A stretch of 64,000 bases of DNA from an uncultured delta proteobacterium (lineage in GTDB: Bacteria > Desulfobacterota > RBG-13-43-22), in the NCBI GenBank assembly GCA_963790475.1, contig CAWBOS010000012.1, positions 352,001-416,000 of the forward strand, written 5' to 3'. Below, in pieces: positions 1 to 8,368 of this stretch (positions within the stretch are counted from its first letter, which is position 1; each line of letters starts with the position of its first letter). Position numbers and translations under genes: made by a program. The notes below the pieces were generated by a model that did no database searches, was not told where the DNA came from, and was given only the letters and a program-made list of their open reading frames with translations.

Positions 1-84
1 TTTTGCATATAATTTTGAGTCCCTGGCAATGTAATCATGGATTTGCTTTAAATCGAGCTTTGCCGGTTTTGTCCATCTTACCAC
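1..84 (-). CDS. RelE/ParE-family toxin, 5' part (runs off the window)
   Basis: Manual translation from GTG at 84: MVRWTKPAKLDLKQIHDYIARDS..., a typical ParE/RelE N-terminus; overlaps the stop of the upstream small ORF. Confidence 0.8.
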   Translation of the reverse strand, partial: MVRWTKPAKLDLKQIHDYIARDSKLYAK

Positions 85-257
85 GATTCCATCTCTCTTT
101 TTAATTCTTCAATAGAAAGTGAATCCCCACATTCGGCTGCCGCTCTGCCTTTATTGATCTTGTCGATGACATAAAGTTCGTACATAATATCATCAATGTT
201 TGCTGTTTCCGGCAAGTTTGAAATGACTTTGATTGCTTCTTGTTTTAAAGTTTCCAT
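78..257 (-). CDS. Putative antitoxin of the downstream RelE/ParE toxin
   Basis: METLKQEAIKVISNLPETANIDDIMYELYVIDKINKG...; GGAGG RBS before ATG 257; coupled to toxin. Confidence 0.75.
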   Translation of the reverse strand: METLKQEAIKVISNLPETANIDDIMYELYVIDKINKGRAAAECGDSLSIEELKREMESW

Positions 258-272
258 AACCAAGACCTCCAT

Positions 273-443
273 CTACTCGCTTACTTCATAAAAGGTTTCA
301 ATATGAAAACGAATTGCAGATTTAACATCAGACAAAGCTTCTTCGTAGGTTTCTCCCTGTCCTACGACAACCCCCTTAATTCCCAATGGATAGGCAACAT
401 AGCCGTCGGGATGTTTTTCAACAACGATCTTATATTGTTTCAT
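273..443 (-). CDS. Short HicB-like (UPF0150) antitoxin-family protein, 56 aa
   Basis: Manual translation MKQYKIVVEKHPDGYVAYPLGIKGVVVGQGETYEEALSDVKSAIRFHIETF; GQGETYEEAL motif; not in the ORF track. Confidence 0.75.
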   Translation of the reverse strand: MKQYKIVVEKHPDGYVAYPLGIKGVVVGQGETYEEALSDVKSAIRFHIETFYEVSE

Positions 444-520
444 AAAATCCCTTTAATAATTTTTAAATAATGATACCATGTTTTTTGAATTCTCACCAGC
501 ATTTCCTGACGGTGGCTTTC

Positions 521-621
521 AGATAACGTTAATGTCCCCAAGGAAGGGCCTAGGCTTTGGATGTTAACCACATCACTCTGTTATCGGTCCGTAGCAACAT
601 AAATAGGGGAATGGTCCCTCG
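521..621. repeat. Degenerate intergenic repeat, copy A (copy B at 3484-3599)
   Basis: gaagggcctaggctttggatg...cactctgttatcggtccgt...aaataggggaatggtccctcg aligns by eye with copy B. Confidence 0.65.
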
Positions 622-628
622 CTCTCCC

Positions 629-1285
629 TTAACGTATATCGTAAATTGTTTTAACAGCGTAATACAAGGCCATGAACCCAAATATTATTAAGCAAAGATT
701 AGAAAGAAGAATCAGCCATTTTTTTAATTGATCGTTTATTCTCTTTTTTAGTTTACTGACGATAAAAATAAGGGGAACAAACCAAAGCAACACTCCCAGC
801 ATAATAAATGATACCGTTACGATCCCGTAATTTCTGTAATTTGGAAATTTATGATTCCAGATTAAGAAGAAATTCCCGGCCACAACAATCCATCCCACTA
901 TGGTCAACGGATTGGATAAGGTGATTACAATACCGGAAATAAATGTGGTCAGTGGATTAGATTGAAAACGGGGTTTATTTTCTTCGATTTCCTGGTTCTT
1001 TCTTATGGAACTTATCGATGACACCCCAAGAACGATCAAAATGATTCCACAGACAATCCAAAGTACGATTTTTAAATAGTGATTGGTTGAAATGAGATTG
1101 GCAACTCCAATATAAACCAGGGTTATGTAAAAGATATCTGAAAGACAGGAACCCAAAGTGAAAATAGCACTATTTCTGAATCCATATTGAAGCGCTCTTT
1201 GACAAGCGATAATAGTAACTGAGCCCGGAGGAATCGCAACAACGATACCTAACAGAACTGCCGATAATAAATATTCAATTAACAT
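629..1285 (-). CDS. LysE-family translocator
   Basis: AIPPGSV N-terminal motif, G..ITLSNP motif, about six hydrophobic helices. Confidence 0.85.
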   Translation of the reverse strand: MLIEYLLSAVLLGIVVAIPPGSVTIIACQRALQYGFRNSAIFTLGSCLSDIFYITLVYIGVANLISTNHYLKIVLWIVCGIILIVLGVSSISSIRKNQEIEENKPRFQSNPLTTFISGIVITLSNPLTIVGWIVVAGNFFLIWNHKFPNYRNYGIVTVSFIMLGVLLWFVPLIFIVSKLKKRINDQLKKWLILLSNLCLIIFGFMALYYAVKTIYDIR

Positions 1286-1541
1286 ATTTACTCAAATCTA
1301 TTTTTCCCCTTTCGTACAGAAAAATGATTGACCCCAATGAGTCCTGTAGTTTCTGTTAGGGCCTAACGAGGCACAGGGCAAAGTCATCAATTGAAAGACA
1401 TCCTGGTCAAGTCATTATTTCATTGACGTCCCCCAACTCCACTAGCTCCTCAGCCGCAGTGCGGTATGGAGCAAACTCAAAATGTGACGCCAAACTCCGA
1501 CATTGGCCTATGCGAATGTGTGAGAGTCGTTACCAACGCTG

Positions 1542-1958
1542 TTATGCGCAGTTTTCTTCGCTGCGTAGTCTATCTTCAATATCAATCAACAACTTGATAT
1601 ATTTAACCGCCGTCCTGTTTTGAATACCACAGAGTCTCGTTGGGGTTAGTCCTGGAGATATCAGATTCTTAATTGTGTCCTGTGCCAAGGACTTCAACTT
1701 GTTGAATTCCTGTCTAAAGGTAAGAGGAACCTCAGTTGTCGGAAGGAGGATTAAATTCACTGCTTCATTTGCCAACCTTCGAATGGCATCTCCCTCGTGA
1801 GTTGCCATTCGAAGGTTGATTTCGCTTAGTTTTTCTAAGAAGTACAATTTCATTTTAGCCGAACAAAATTGCGCATAAATTTCCCAACACAAAAGGAGTG
1901 TTATCCAAGGCAAAATTTCGGTGAGTGCATTAAGGCACAAACCTTTTAGAATCATCAA
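1542..1958 (-). CDS. Hypothetical protein (true start may be 1853)
   Basis: Co-oriented ORF; stop TAA lies within a GCATAAC motif. Confidence 0.5.
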   Translation of the reverse strand: MMILKGLCLNALTEILPWITLLLCWEIYAQFCSAKMKLYFLEKLSEINLRMATHEGDAIRRLANEAVNLILLPTTEVPLTFRQEFNKLKSLAQDTIKNLISPGLTPTRLCGIQNRTAVKYIKLLIDIEDRLRSEENCA

Positions 1959-2346
1959 AAACTTTTTTTCGTCTTAGAATTTTCATAACCATTCCGACAA
2001 GAAACAGAATTACAATAGGGCTGATGAAAATAAGAAAAAAAGGAACTTTAGTTTTCTCTGAAATCCAATTGAGAACATTTAGCCCTGCCATATACATCCA
2101 AGAGATTCCCCAAGAACCAATGCCAAATAAAATTAGAATCCAGACAAAAGCTGAACTGATGCCCAGCGCATAAAGTAATCCTTCAATTGAAAACTTCTTT
2201 TTCTCCTTGGCAAGCTCATACAATCCTCCAAGGCAAGCAACTATTGATGCCAAAATGAAAAAGGAACCAATAAGATATAATGAATTTTTCATCCTTCCTT
2301 GAAATTGGTATAGAGATTTCCGAGTTTCAATCGTCATGTAAAACAA
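1930..2346 (-). CDS. Hypothetical membrane protein
   Basis: Three or more hydrophobic segments, co-oriented with neighbours. Confidence 0.55.
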   Translation of the reverse strand: MFYMTIETRKSLYQFQGRMKNSLYLIGSFFILASIVACLGGLYELAKEKKKFSIEGLLYALGISSAFVWILILFGIGSWGISWMYMAGLNVLNWISEKTKVPFFLIFISPIVILFLVGMVMKILRRKKVFDDSKRFVP

Positions 2347-2379
2347 TTTCAGATAGCGTATGCGGCACAGGCGAAAAAA

Positions 2380-3015
2380 TTAGTTTTTAAGCACTCCGTT
2401 TGTTTCGTTGTTAGGTAAAGTTTTTTGAAGGTAACCAATGTTTTTTCGAATAGATGTCTCTAAGAATTTGTAGGCTTGGTCATAATCCTGACCAAAATCG
2501 ACATAGCAAATATTTTTAAGCTCCGATGGTACTTCAACCTTCGATAATAACACTGGAAATATCCTAATCTTTCTGGACTTTGCATATTCATATTCATTGG
2601 ACACCCAGGGGGAGTTGATTGAGCTTTGAGAAATAAAGTAGATAAAGAAATTTGCTTTACTTATGGCCTGTTGGATAGTCTGTTGGATGTTATCTCCGAC
2701 GGCTAATATTTCTTCTGGAAGGTATATTCGATACCCATCCTTTTTTAAGTCATTCACAATTTTCATCGCGGTGTCTTTATCAGAAAAAGAAAACGACACA
2801 AATATGGAGGCCTTCCTTCGAATCATTCTTGAAAAAGCATAAACCATAGAAATGCCCATAATCGTAGCGACTATGGAGGATAACAATCCCAGTACAGTTT
2901 CGAAAGAGATCAGTTTTTGGAGAAAGATGGCGAATGACACAACCACGGCGCTTATGCTAACAATGATGGGCCAGTTGTCCCAAAACGATTTTGATTTTTT
3001 CATAACTTCATCCAA
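2380..3015 (-). CDS. TIR-domain protein with two N-terminal TM helices
   Basis: IFVSFSFSD, GDNIQQTIQQAI, S..S.WVSNEYEYA, IFPVLL, YVDF TIR motifs after two hydrophobic helices. Confidence 0.85.
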   Translation of the reverse strand: MDEVMKKSKSFWDNWPIIVSISAVVVSFAIFLQKLISFETVLGLLSSIVATIMGISMVYAFSRMIRRKASIFVSFSFSDKDTAMKIVNDLKKDGYRIYLPEEILAVGDNIQQTIQQAISKANFFIYFISQSSINSPWVSNEYEYAKSRKIRIFPVLLSKVEVPSELKNICYVDFGQDYDQAYKFLETSIRKNIGYLQKTLPNNETNGVLKN

Positions 3016-3445
3016 TCCAATTTATGACAAAGATCAGGCATAATAAGCCATATATAAACGGAAGTGCAATACCAAAGAAAATGTTCAGATTATCTTGATC
3101 CTTCCACCCCAGCTTTCTTATGAGTGTAGAAATCCCCCAAATTCCTAATACAAACGCTGTTAAAACCCAAGGCACTACTAGAAATTTACCTTTTAGAGTC
3201 CCTACCAATCCAGGATTCAAGCCGGAGTTGGACAGGGAAACTATCTGGTCTGCCATGGTTGCACAATATGTTATGAAAATGACCAAGGCTGCTACGGCCA
3301 TCTCCAAACCAATGGCAAGATCCTCTTTCTTAAAGGCCGTATGTTGATCGTTTCTACTCACTGTCTTAAGAAAAACACTGAACCCAACAGTAAACAAGGG
3401 TACGATAAAGTATTTAAAATAGGGCGATGCTAAAATATTTTCCAT
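3008..3445 (-). CDS. Hypothetical four-TM membrane protein overlapping the TIR gene start
   Basis: Four hydrophobic helices; 8-bp overlap with the TIR gene. Confidence 0.7.
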   Translation of the reverse strand: MENILASPYFKYFIVPLFTVGFSVFLKTVSRNDQHTAFKKEDLAIGLEMAVAALVIFITYCATMADQIVSLSNSGLNPGLVGTLKGKFLVVPWVLTAFVLGIWGISTLIRKLGWKDQDNLNIFFGIALPFIYGLLCLIFVINWIG

Positions 3446-3483
3446 ATGTTTATTGCGGTATCATGGCCATCGAAAGAAATTTC

Positions 3484-3599
3484 GTCTAACGGTTTGAGCG
3501 CAGGAGAAGGGCTTAGGCTTTGGGTGCCAAACTCAAGCACTCTGATATCTGTCCGTTGAGGGCATGCCTTGATAAAGAAAATATGGGAAGTGTCCCTCG
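3484..3599. repeat. Degenerate intergenic repeat, copy B; ends in GTTAGAC on the minus strand
   Basis: gaagggcttaggctttgggtg...cactctgatatctgtccgt...aaatatgggaagtgtccctcg. Confidence 0.65.
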
Positions 3600-3659
3600 T
3601 TCCAAAACCGGTACGAATTTTAGATCCTACGCAAAAATACGATTTTTTCGCTTGTTTTT

Positions 3660-4946
3660 TTAGATCTTTCGAACCCTTACAGCTCGCCAAGATTCACAGT
3701 TTTTCTTTTTATCAAATGAAGGTTCGGCATCGAAAAAAACGATATCACCATTTAAAACCGAGCTTGGTAATTCATTCTGAAAACAAATAGCTGAAAGTTC
3801 TTCTTTTGAGTTTATAAAGCAAATCGGTCTGTCAGAAACAATTGATATCTTTCCTCGCAACCCCTTTTTAAATTCACGTTTTGAGCCACTAAAATTAGAG
3901 CCTTCTAGCTGCTGGAGCCATAATTTTTTACAAGCTATTAGGCAAGAGGAAGTATTTTGAGGTACATTTATTGAAGAATTTTCTTTTTCAAGAGCCTGAA
4001 GTGATGAATTTATAATAGAGGGTATAGGCCAATTATTCTCCAGTCGAATCAACTTAACTAATTGGTAATGATAAAGAGCTTCTTCTTTTTGATTAAAATG
4101 AACACAAAGATCGCCAATATCTTGAAATAGTTTAACTAACATAGTTAGTTTTGAACACAATAAAGCGGCTTGACAAAATTTCTGCAAGGCATCCTTTTTA
4201 TTATCAGAATCGTTTAATACTTTACCGTATTCATGCAATAACCACCAATCCGGGCGTCTGATAGAACATAACTTTTGGTAAATTGCAATTGACTCATCAT
4301 ATTTTTTTAAGTGCCGATATGAAAGCGCTTTTAAGCGTGAAAAAAACTTAGCATTTTTTGGATATTTTCCTTCAAGTGCAATGCATTGCGACAATGCTGA
4401 ATCTGGGTCATTATGTTCTAATAGGGAATTTATTTTAAAATTATGCCATATTTCTTGGTCGCACCAACCTTCTCTGCCATCTTCAATTTTAATTGGTTTA
4501 TCAGAAAGGCTTGCGGGATCAATCTTGTCAACCCAGTCCGCTATGCAATCCCAATCGCCGTGCTTTTTTGCAAATTTAAGAACTTTGAAGACTGTTAATT
4601 TGTTTGCAAGAAAATCAGGATTTAATGCCATAATAGAATTCGCGATATTAACGACGGTGCTAAGCAGTGAATCTTCTGGAAGCTTATTAAACTGGCCTTG
4701 TATTCTTGTCCAAACAACCTCTTTTCGGCCCCATTCAAAGTCGGGAAATTTCGTTATAAGTTCATTAGCCAAAACTAACGCTTCGTCAAAAAGGTGAAGT
4801 TTCCTGAGGCAAGAAAGATAACCTGCCCCATCAAAGGAATCTTTTGTTTTTTCCCATAATGATTTATAAATTGGTAGCGCCTCATCGTGCCGTGAGTCCT
4901 TTCGAAGCTGATTAGCTTTGAATTTTAACTCTTGGATATTTTCCAC
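3660..4946 (-). CDS. TPR-repeat protein with probable C-terminal cold-shock/OB-fold domain
   Basis: Helical TPR-like repeats (ALPIYKSL, SIAIYQKL, ALQKFCQA); C-terminal beta-rich GKI...CFI...GDIVFFDAEPSFDKKK...WRAVRV. Confidence 0.7.
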   Translation of the reverse strand: MENIQELKFKANQLRKDSRHDEALPIYKSLWEKTKDSFDGAGYLSCLRKLHLFDEALVLANELITKFPDFEWGRKEVVWTRIQGQFNKLPEDSLLSTVVNIANSIMALNPDFLANKLTVFKVLKFAKKHGDWDCIADWVDKIDPASLSDKPIKIEDGREGWCDQEIWHNFKINSLLEHNDPDSALSQCIALEGKYPKNAKFFSRLKALSYRHLKKYDESIAIYQKLCSIRRPDWWLLHEYGKVLNDSDNKKDALQKFCQAALLCSKLTMLVKLFQDIGDLCVHFNQKEEALYHYQLVKLIRLENNWPIPSIINSSLQALEKENSSINVPQNTSSCLIACKKLWLQQLEGSNFSGSKREFKKGLRGKISIVSDRPICFINSKEELSAICFQNELPSSVLNGDIVFFDAEPSFDKKKNCESWRAVRVRKI

Positions 4947-4959
4947 TTGAAAATAGCCC

Positions 4960-5886
4960 CTATGCTAAAACAGATAGAGTTGTCTTAAAGTGCAACTTGG
5001 CCACTTTATTAAGCATTTCTTTGCCATGAATTCTTACGAAATATTTTGCAGCATTAATTGTATCGTCTGAGGCACCCTTTGGTAACTGAATGCCAAATAG
5101 CTCTGAAAGCTTGGAAAGTTTTGTTAGGAACCTATCTCGGGCGAGAATCGATGCCGCAGCAACAGCAATATTTTTTTCTGCTTTTGTCATTTGAAATAAC
5201 TTTATCCGCTTTCCTCTTTCTTGAAGCTTAGATTGAATAAACTTCTTGTCAGCAAATTGATCCGCCAATACTTGATTGCAATCAACTTTTGTTAGCAATT
5301 CTTCTATTGCTTTGGCGTGACCCCAGGCAAGTAAAACATTTAGGTTTTTGTTTTCTATTTTAAATTTAGAATACAGTTCGTTATACTTTTCTGGAGCAAT
5401 CTCGATGATAGAACATTTTCCGTTGACAATAGTTGGAATTATTTTAGCAAGCTCATTTACTTTATTATCCGATAACTCTTTGCAATCTCGTACTCCACGG
5501 GCTTGAAGATCTTTCGACATTGTTGAATTCACGAAAACTGCAGAGGCGACAAGAGGCCCAAAGTAGTCACCTTTCCCAGATTCATCTGAACCAATTAGAG
5601 GGGGCCCAAGTGTAAATGCATTTTTTTGTGTACTTAAATCTTCATTTTGTCCACTGATGCATTGCTGGACAATGGTGGCGCTTTCACCTTTAAGTTGTGA
5701 GTAATCAATTTTTAATATCCCTTTTTTATTCTGAAAAATTCTTATAACACCTGACCATTGAAGATTGAATACGGAGAATTGTATTCCATAATCTATGGAT
5801 GTATAAGGACGAACTGATAATCCACCACTTTCGAGCATGGGTTTTATTTTATCAAAAAGTTCAATAGGGGTTTTGACGTTAAACAT
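4960..5886 (-). CDS. rnhC: Ribonuclease HIII
   Basis: IGSDESGKGDYFGPLV, GVRDCK.LSD, LADQF, AVAAASILAR, LPKGA, KLHFKT motifs. Confidence 0.9.
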   Translation of the reverse strand: MFNVKTPIELFDKIKPMLESGGLSVRPYTSIDYGIQFSVFNLQWSGVIRIFQNKKGILKIDYSQLKGESATIVQQCISGQNEDLSTQKNAFTLGPPLIGSDESGKGDYFGPLVASAVFVNSTMSKDLQARGVRDCKELSDNKVNELAKIIPTIVNGKCSIIEIAPEKYNELYSKFKIENKNLNVLLAWGHAKAIEELLTKVDCNQVLADQFADKKFIQSKLQERGKRIKLFQMTKAEKNIAVAAASILARDRFLTKLSKLSELFGIQLPKGASDDTINAAKYFVRIHGKEMLNKVAKLHFKTTLSVLA

Positions 5887-5902
5887 AAATCACCACCTAA
5901 AA

Positions 5903-7006
5903 TTAAAGTCTAAAAACAGTACTGAAATATGTAAAAAGTTCTTCTTCTATTTTGAAAATATCATTTACCAGTGAAAGTGCTTTATCCGGTGTTTCAACTT
6001 TTGTAACAAAACTGCTATCGCTATGCATCATGAAATTCCTATATTGGTCAAGAGAAACACGTAATTTATCAAGATATGTGCCAACGTGTTTTTCTTTTGC
6101 GCAAATGGCAACATGTTTTGGGTCACTTTTGCTGTTTAATATAGAGAAATTCGCCGTTTTTAAGGAAAAATGATTTAGCGGCAATAACCCAATTGCAATT
6201 AACAGTTTTTTGCAAAAACCCTCAAATGCCTTAGAGGATGGCATAACAAAGGCTGAGTATTCAGGTAATACCACCTCTGAAAGACATAAGCATTTTGAAG
6301 CAATGAACCAATTTTTATCATGGAGATCCAGAAAATCATAGGAACCTTTGAGGCTTTTTATAACCTCATCTTCAGCGAGATTAATGAGGTCAGGTGTAGA
6401 TCTTGAAACGAAAAAATCTAAAGCGGATTGGTCTGCAGATACAAATCGAGCTGCAACATCCTTATTTGAGGGTTGAGCCATTTTTTCGATATGGTCACAA
6501 CAATTGTCGAAAAAGTAATCTGATTTCCCTTGCAGCATCAATCTGCCATTAGTGAATTGGGTTATGGTTATATTACCTTCGAGATTGGACAATTTAGACC
6601 TATAAGAAATATATTGGGAAGGAGAGTTTGTTGTAACACAATGTGGAGCTATTTGCGTCCAAGATGCTTTAATGCGATCTCTAATATCCATAATCATGAT
6701 ATCATAGGTTGCACTACATGCCTTTACTTCTGGAGTAGAAGTAATCGATGAAAATACTGGGTGATTCTCCAAACGCGATTTAAGCTCTTCCATTTCTTTA
6801 CGAAGTAGGTTCGGTTTGCCTTGAATGGATATCGGGCCTGTGGAAAAAATATTTATAATTGTCCTATCTGCAAGATTGGAAATATCAATCCTAAGTTTAT
6901 TTGGGTCTTTAGAATTCGATACAATTGCTAGTTGATATCCCTTTTGCTGACAATAAGTCTCTATTTCTTTATGAATTGATTCTTGTGTCGCATTAATTAT
7001 TGTCAT
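5903..7006 (-). CDS. RnlA/LsoA (RNase LS)-like HEPN endoribonuclease with two TBP-like N-terminal repeats
   Basis: Repeats INIFSTGPISIQG / ITQFTNGRLMLQG; EYSAFVMPSSKAFEG; HEPN Rx4H motif RNFMMH. Confidence 0.8.
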   Translation of the reverse strand: MTIINATQESIHKEIETYCQQKGYQLAIVSNSKDPNKLRIDISNLADRTIINIFSTGPISIQGKPNLLRKEMEELKSRLENHPVFSSITSTPEVKACSATYDIMIMDIRDRIKASWTQIAPHCVTTNSPSQYISYRSKLSNLEGNITITQFTNGRLMLQGKSDYFFDNCCDHIEKMAQPSNKDVAARFVSADQSALDFFVSRSTPDLINLAEDEVIKSLKGSYDFLDLHDKNWFIASKCLCLSEVVLPEYSAFVMPSSKAFEGFCKKLLIAIGLLPLNHFSLKTANFSILNSKSDPKHVAICAKEKHVGTYLDKLRVSLDQYRNFMMHSDSSFVTKVETPDKALSLVNDIFKIEEELFTYFSTVFRL

Positions 7007-7399
7007 TTGGATAACCTCCTTTTAGCGATTTAATATGGGAAAGGGGACGTTCTCCACTTCATTCACTTTTGTTTAATGTCTTCATCTCTTGAACATTAAT
7101 GACTATTTCAGTTGTTCCACTCCAGTCTAGGTGGCAATCTCAATCATTGGTACCATACGCTAGGTTTTGGCTGACTTGATTATCAGCGGATTCCCCCCAA
7201 TCCGAACAAGCAGACACGTTTCTCTCCCCGCTCCTACTGCGACCTCCTTGAGTTCCGTCAGAGATAACAAAGTTTCTTGATTTAAGAAATTGAATGGCCG
7301 GCAGAAAATAACGGTTGATTGCTTGGGTGGATCTTTTGAGATATGGATCCGGACCATGAATCTCCTTAAGATCGTAAAGAAAGGTATTTGAAAGATTAA

Positions 7400-7581
7400 C
7401 AGGTTGCTGAAAAAGGCCCATCTATCCCGCCAAAGGCGGGATTGCCCTCGTCCCACGCAGCCTTTTGGCGGGGCATGCTCATTGTCACGTACTTCAATGT
7501 ACGACTCATTCCTTGGGATTTCGAGCGCTTTGTATGTGAACCTTTTTGAACAACCTGTAATTTTGAGTTTTCAGCATCCTG
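7400..7581. mobile_element. MITE-like non-autonomous element
   Basis: Terminal IRs CAGGTTGCTGAAAA / TTTTCAGCATCCTG flanked by TTAA on both sides; extra internal right-end copy at 7541-7558; no credible ORF. Confidence 0.7.
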
Positions 7582-7652
7582 TTAATGGTGGGAGAATTGT
7601 AGAATATAACTGGCTAATTTGTAAAGGATTTTATTTTCTTATTTTTTGATGC

Positions 7653-7681
7653 TTGACAAATATTAGCAAATTTGCTAACAT
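7653..7681 (+). promoter_or_regulatory. Sigma70 promoter with palindromic TA operator
   Basis: TTGACA-17bp-TAACAT overlapping perfect palindrome TTAGCAAATTTGCTAA (7663-7678). Confidence 0.7.
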
Positions 7682-7687
7682 TCTATC

Positions 7688-8011
7688 ATGAATTATTCGA
7701 TAGAATATTTCCATGCTCGCGTCAAAGCTGAGATAGAAAAATGGCCAGATGATTTATTGGCTGATTATGCGCGGATAGTGGAATTATTAATGGAATTCGG
7801 GCCAAATTTGCGAATGCCGCACTCGCGGGCTCTGGGTGGCGGCCTTTTCGAGTTAAGGCCTCGAGGGCGAGAGGGTATTGGACGGGCATTTTACTGCTTT
7901 ATCATCGGTCAGCGCGTTGTGATACTCCACGCTTTTTTGAAAAAAACACAGGATACCCCGGAACAAGAATTACGAATTGCCCGGAGAAGAATGAAAGAGG
8001 TACAGAAATGA
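7688..8011 (+). CDS. RelE/HigB (Gp49-like) toxin
   Basis: GPNLRMPHSRALGGGLFELR, VILHAFLKKTQ.TP motifs. Confidence 0.9.
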   Translation: MNYSIEYFHARVKAEIEKWPDDLLADYARIVELLMEFGPNLRMPHSRALGGGLFELRPRGREGIGRAFYCFIIGQRVVILHAFLKKTQDTPEQELRIARRRMKEVQK

Positions 8012-8367
8012 CTGATTTAAAATATCAACCCGTTTCCCATGACCATACATCTTTCCTCAAAAAAGCCCTTAAGCGGAAAGGATTCAGGAAAGTCTACGAG
8101 GAATTGGAAGAAGAGTACGCCCTTACCCGGGAAATGCTTTCCGCACGCGCCAGATTCGGCTTAACCCAGGAAGCCGTTGCGGAGCTGATGGGAACGACCA
8201 AAAGTGCGGTTTCACGTTTGGAGGCATCCCACAAACATGCGCCATCCCTCGCAACCCTCAAGAAATATGCTCAAGCCGTCGGCTGTCGCCTTGAAATCAA
8301 GCTGGTTCCCACCTCCCGCTTAACCAAAGGCAAAACGCGTGCCGTAAAAAAACAGGCTGCTGGTTAG
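8008..8367 (+). CDS. HigA-like XRE HTH antitoxin
   Basis: GLTQEAVAELMGTTKSAVSRLE; ATGA overlap with toxin. Confidence 0.9.
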   Translation: MTDLKYQPVSHDHTSFLKKALKRKGFRKVYEELEEEYALTREMLSARARFGLTQEAVAELMGTTKSAVSRLEASHKHAPSLATLKKYAQAVGCRLEIKLVPTSRLTKGKTRAVKKQAAG

Positions 8368-8368
8368 C

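Noticed and set aside
1361-1547. One intact attC site
   Set aside because: End motifs fit but the span is about 187 bp and the arms do not pair convincingly by eye
2380-3445. Canonical Thoeris or CBASS system
   Set aside because: No SIR2/Macro/SLOG effector or nucleotide cyclase is present nearby
7140-7649. ORFs spanning the MITE
   Set aside because: They overlap the repeat element and have no RBS or motif support
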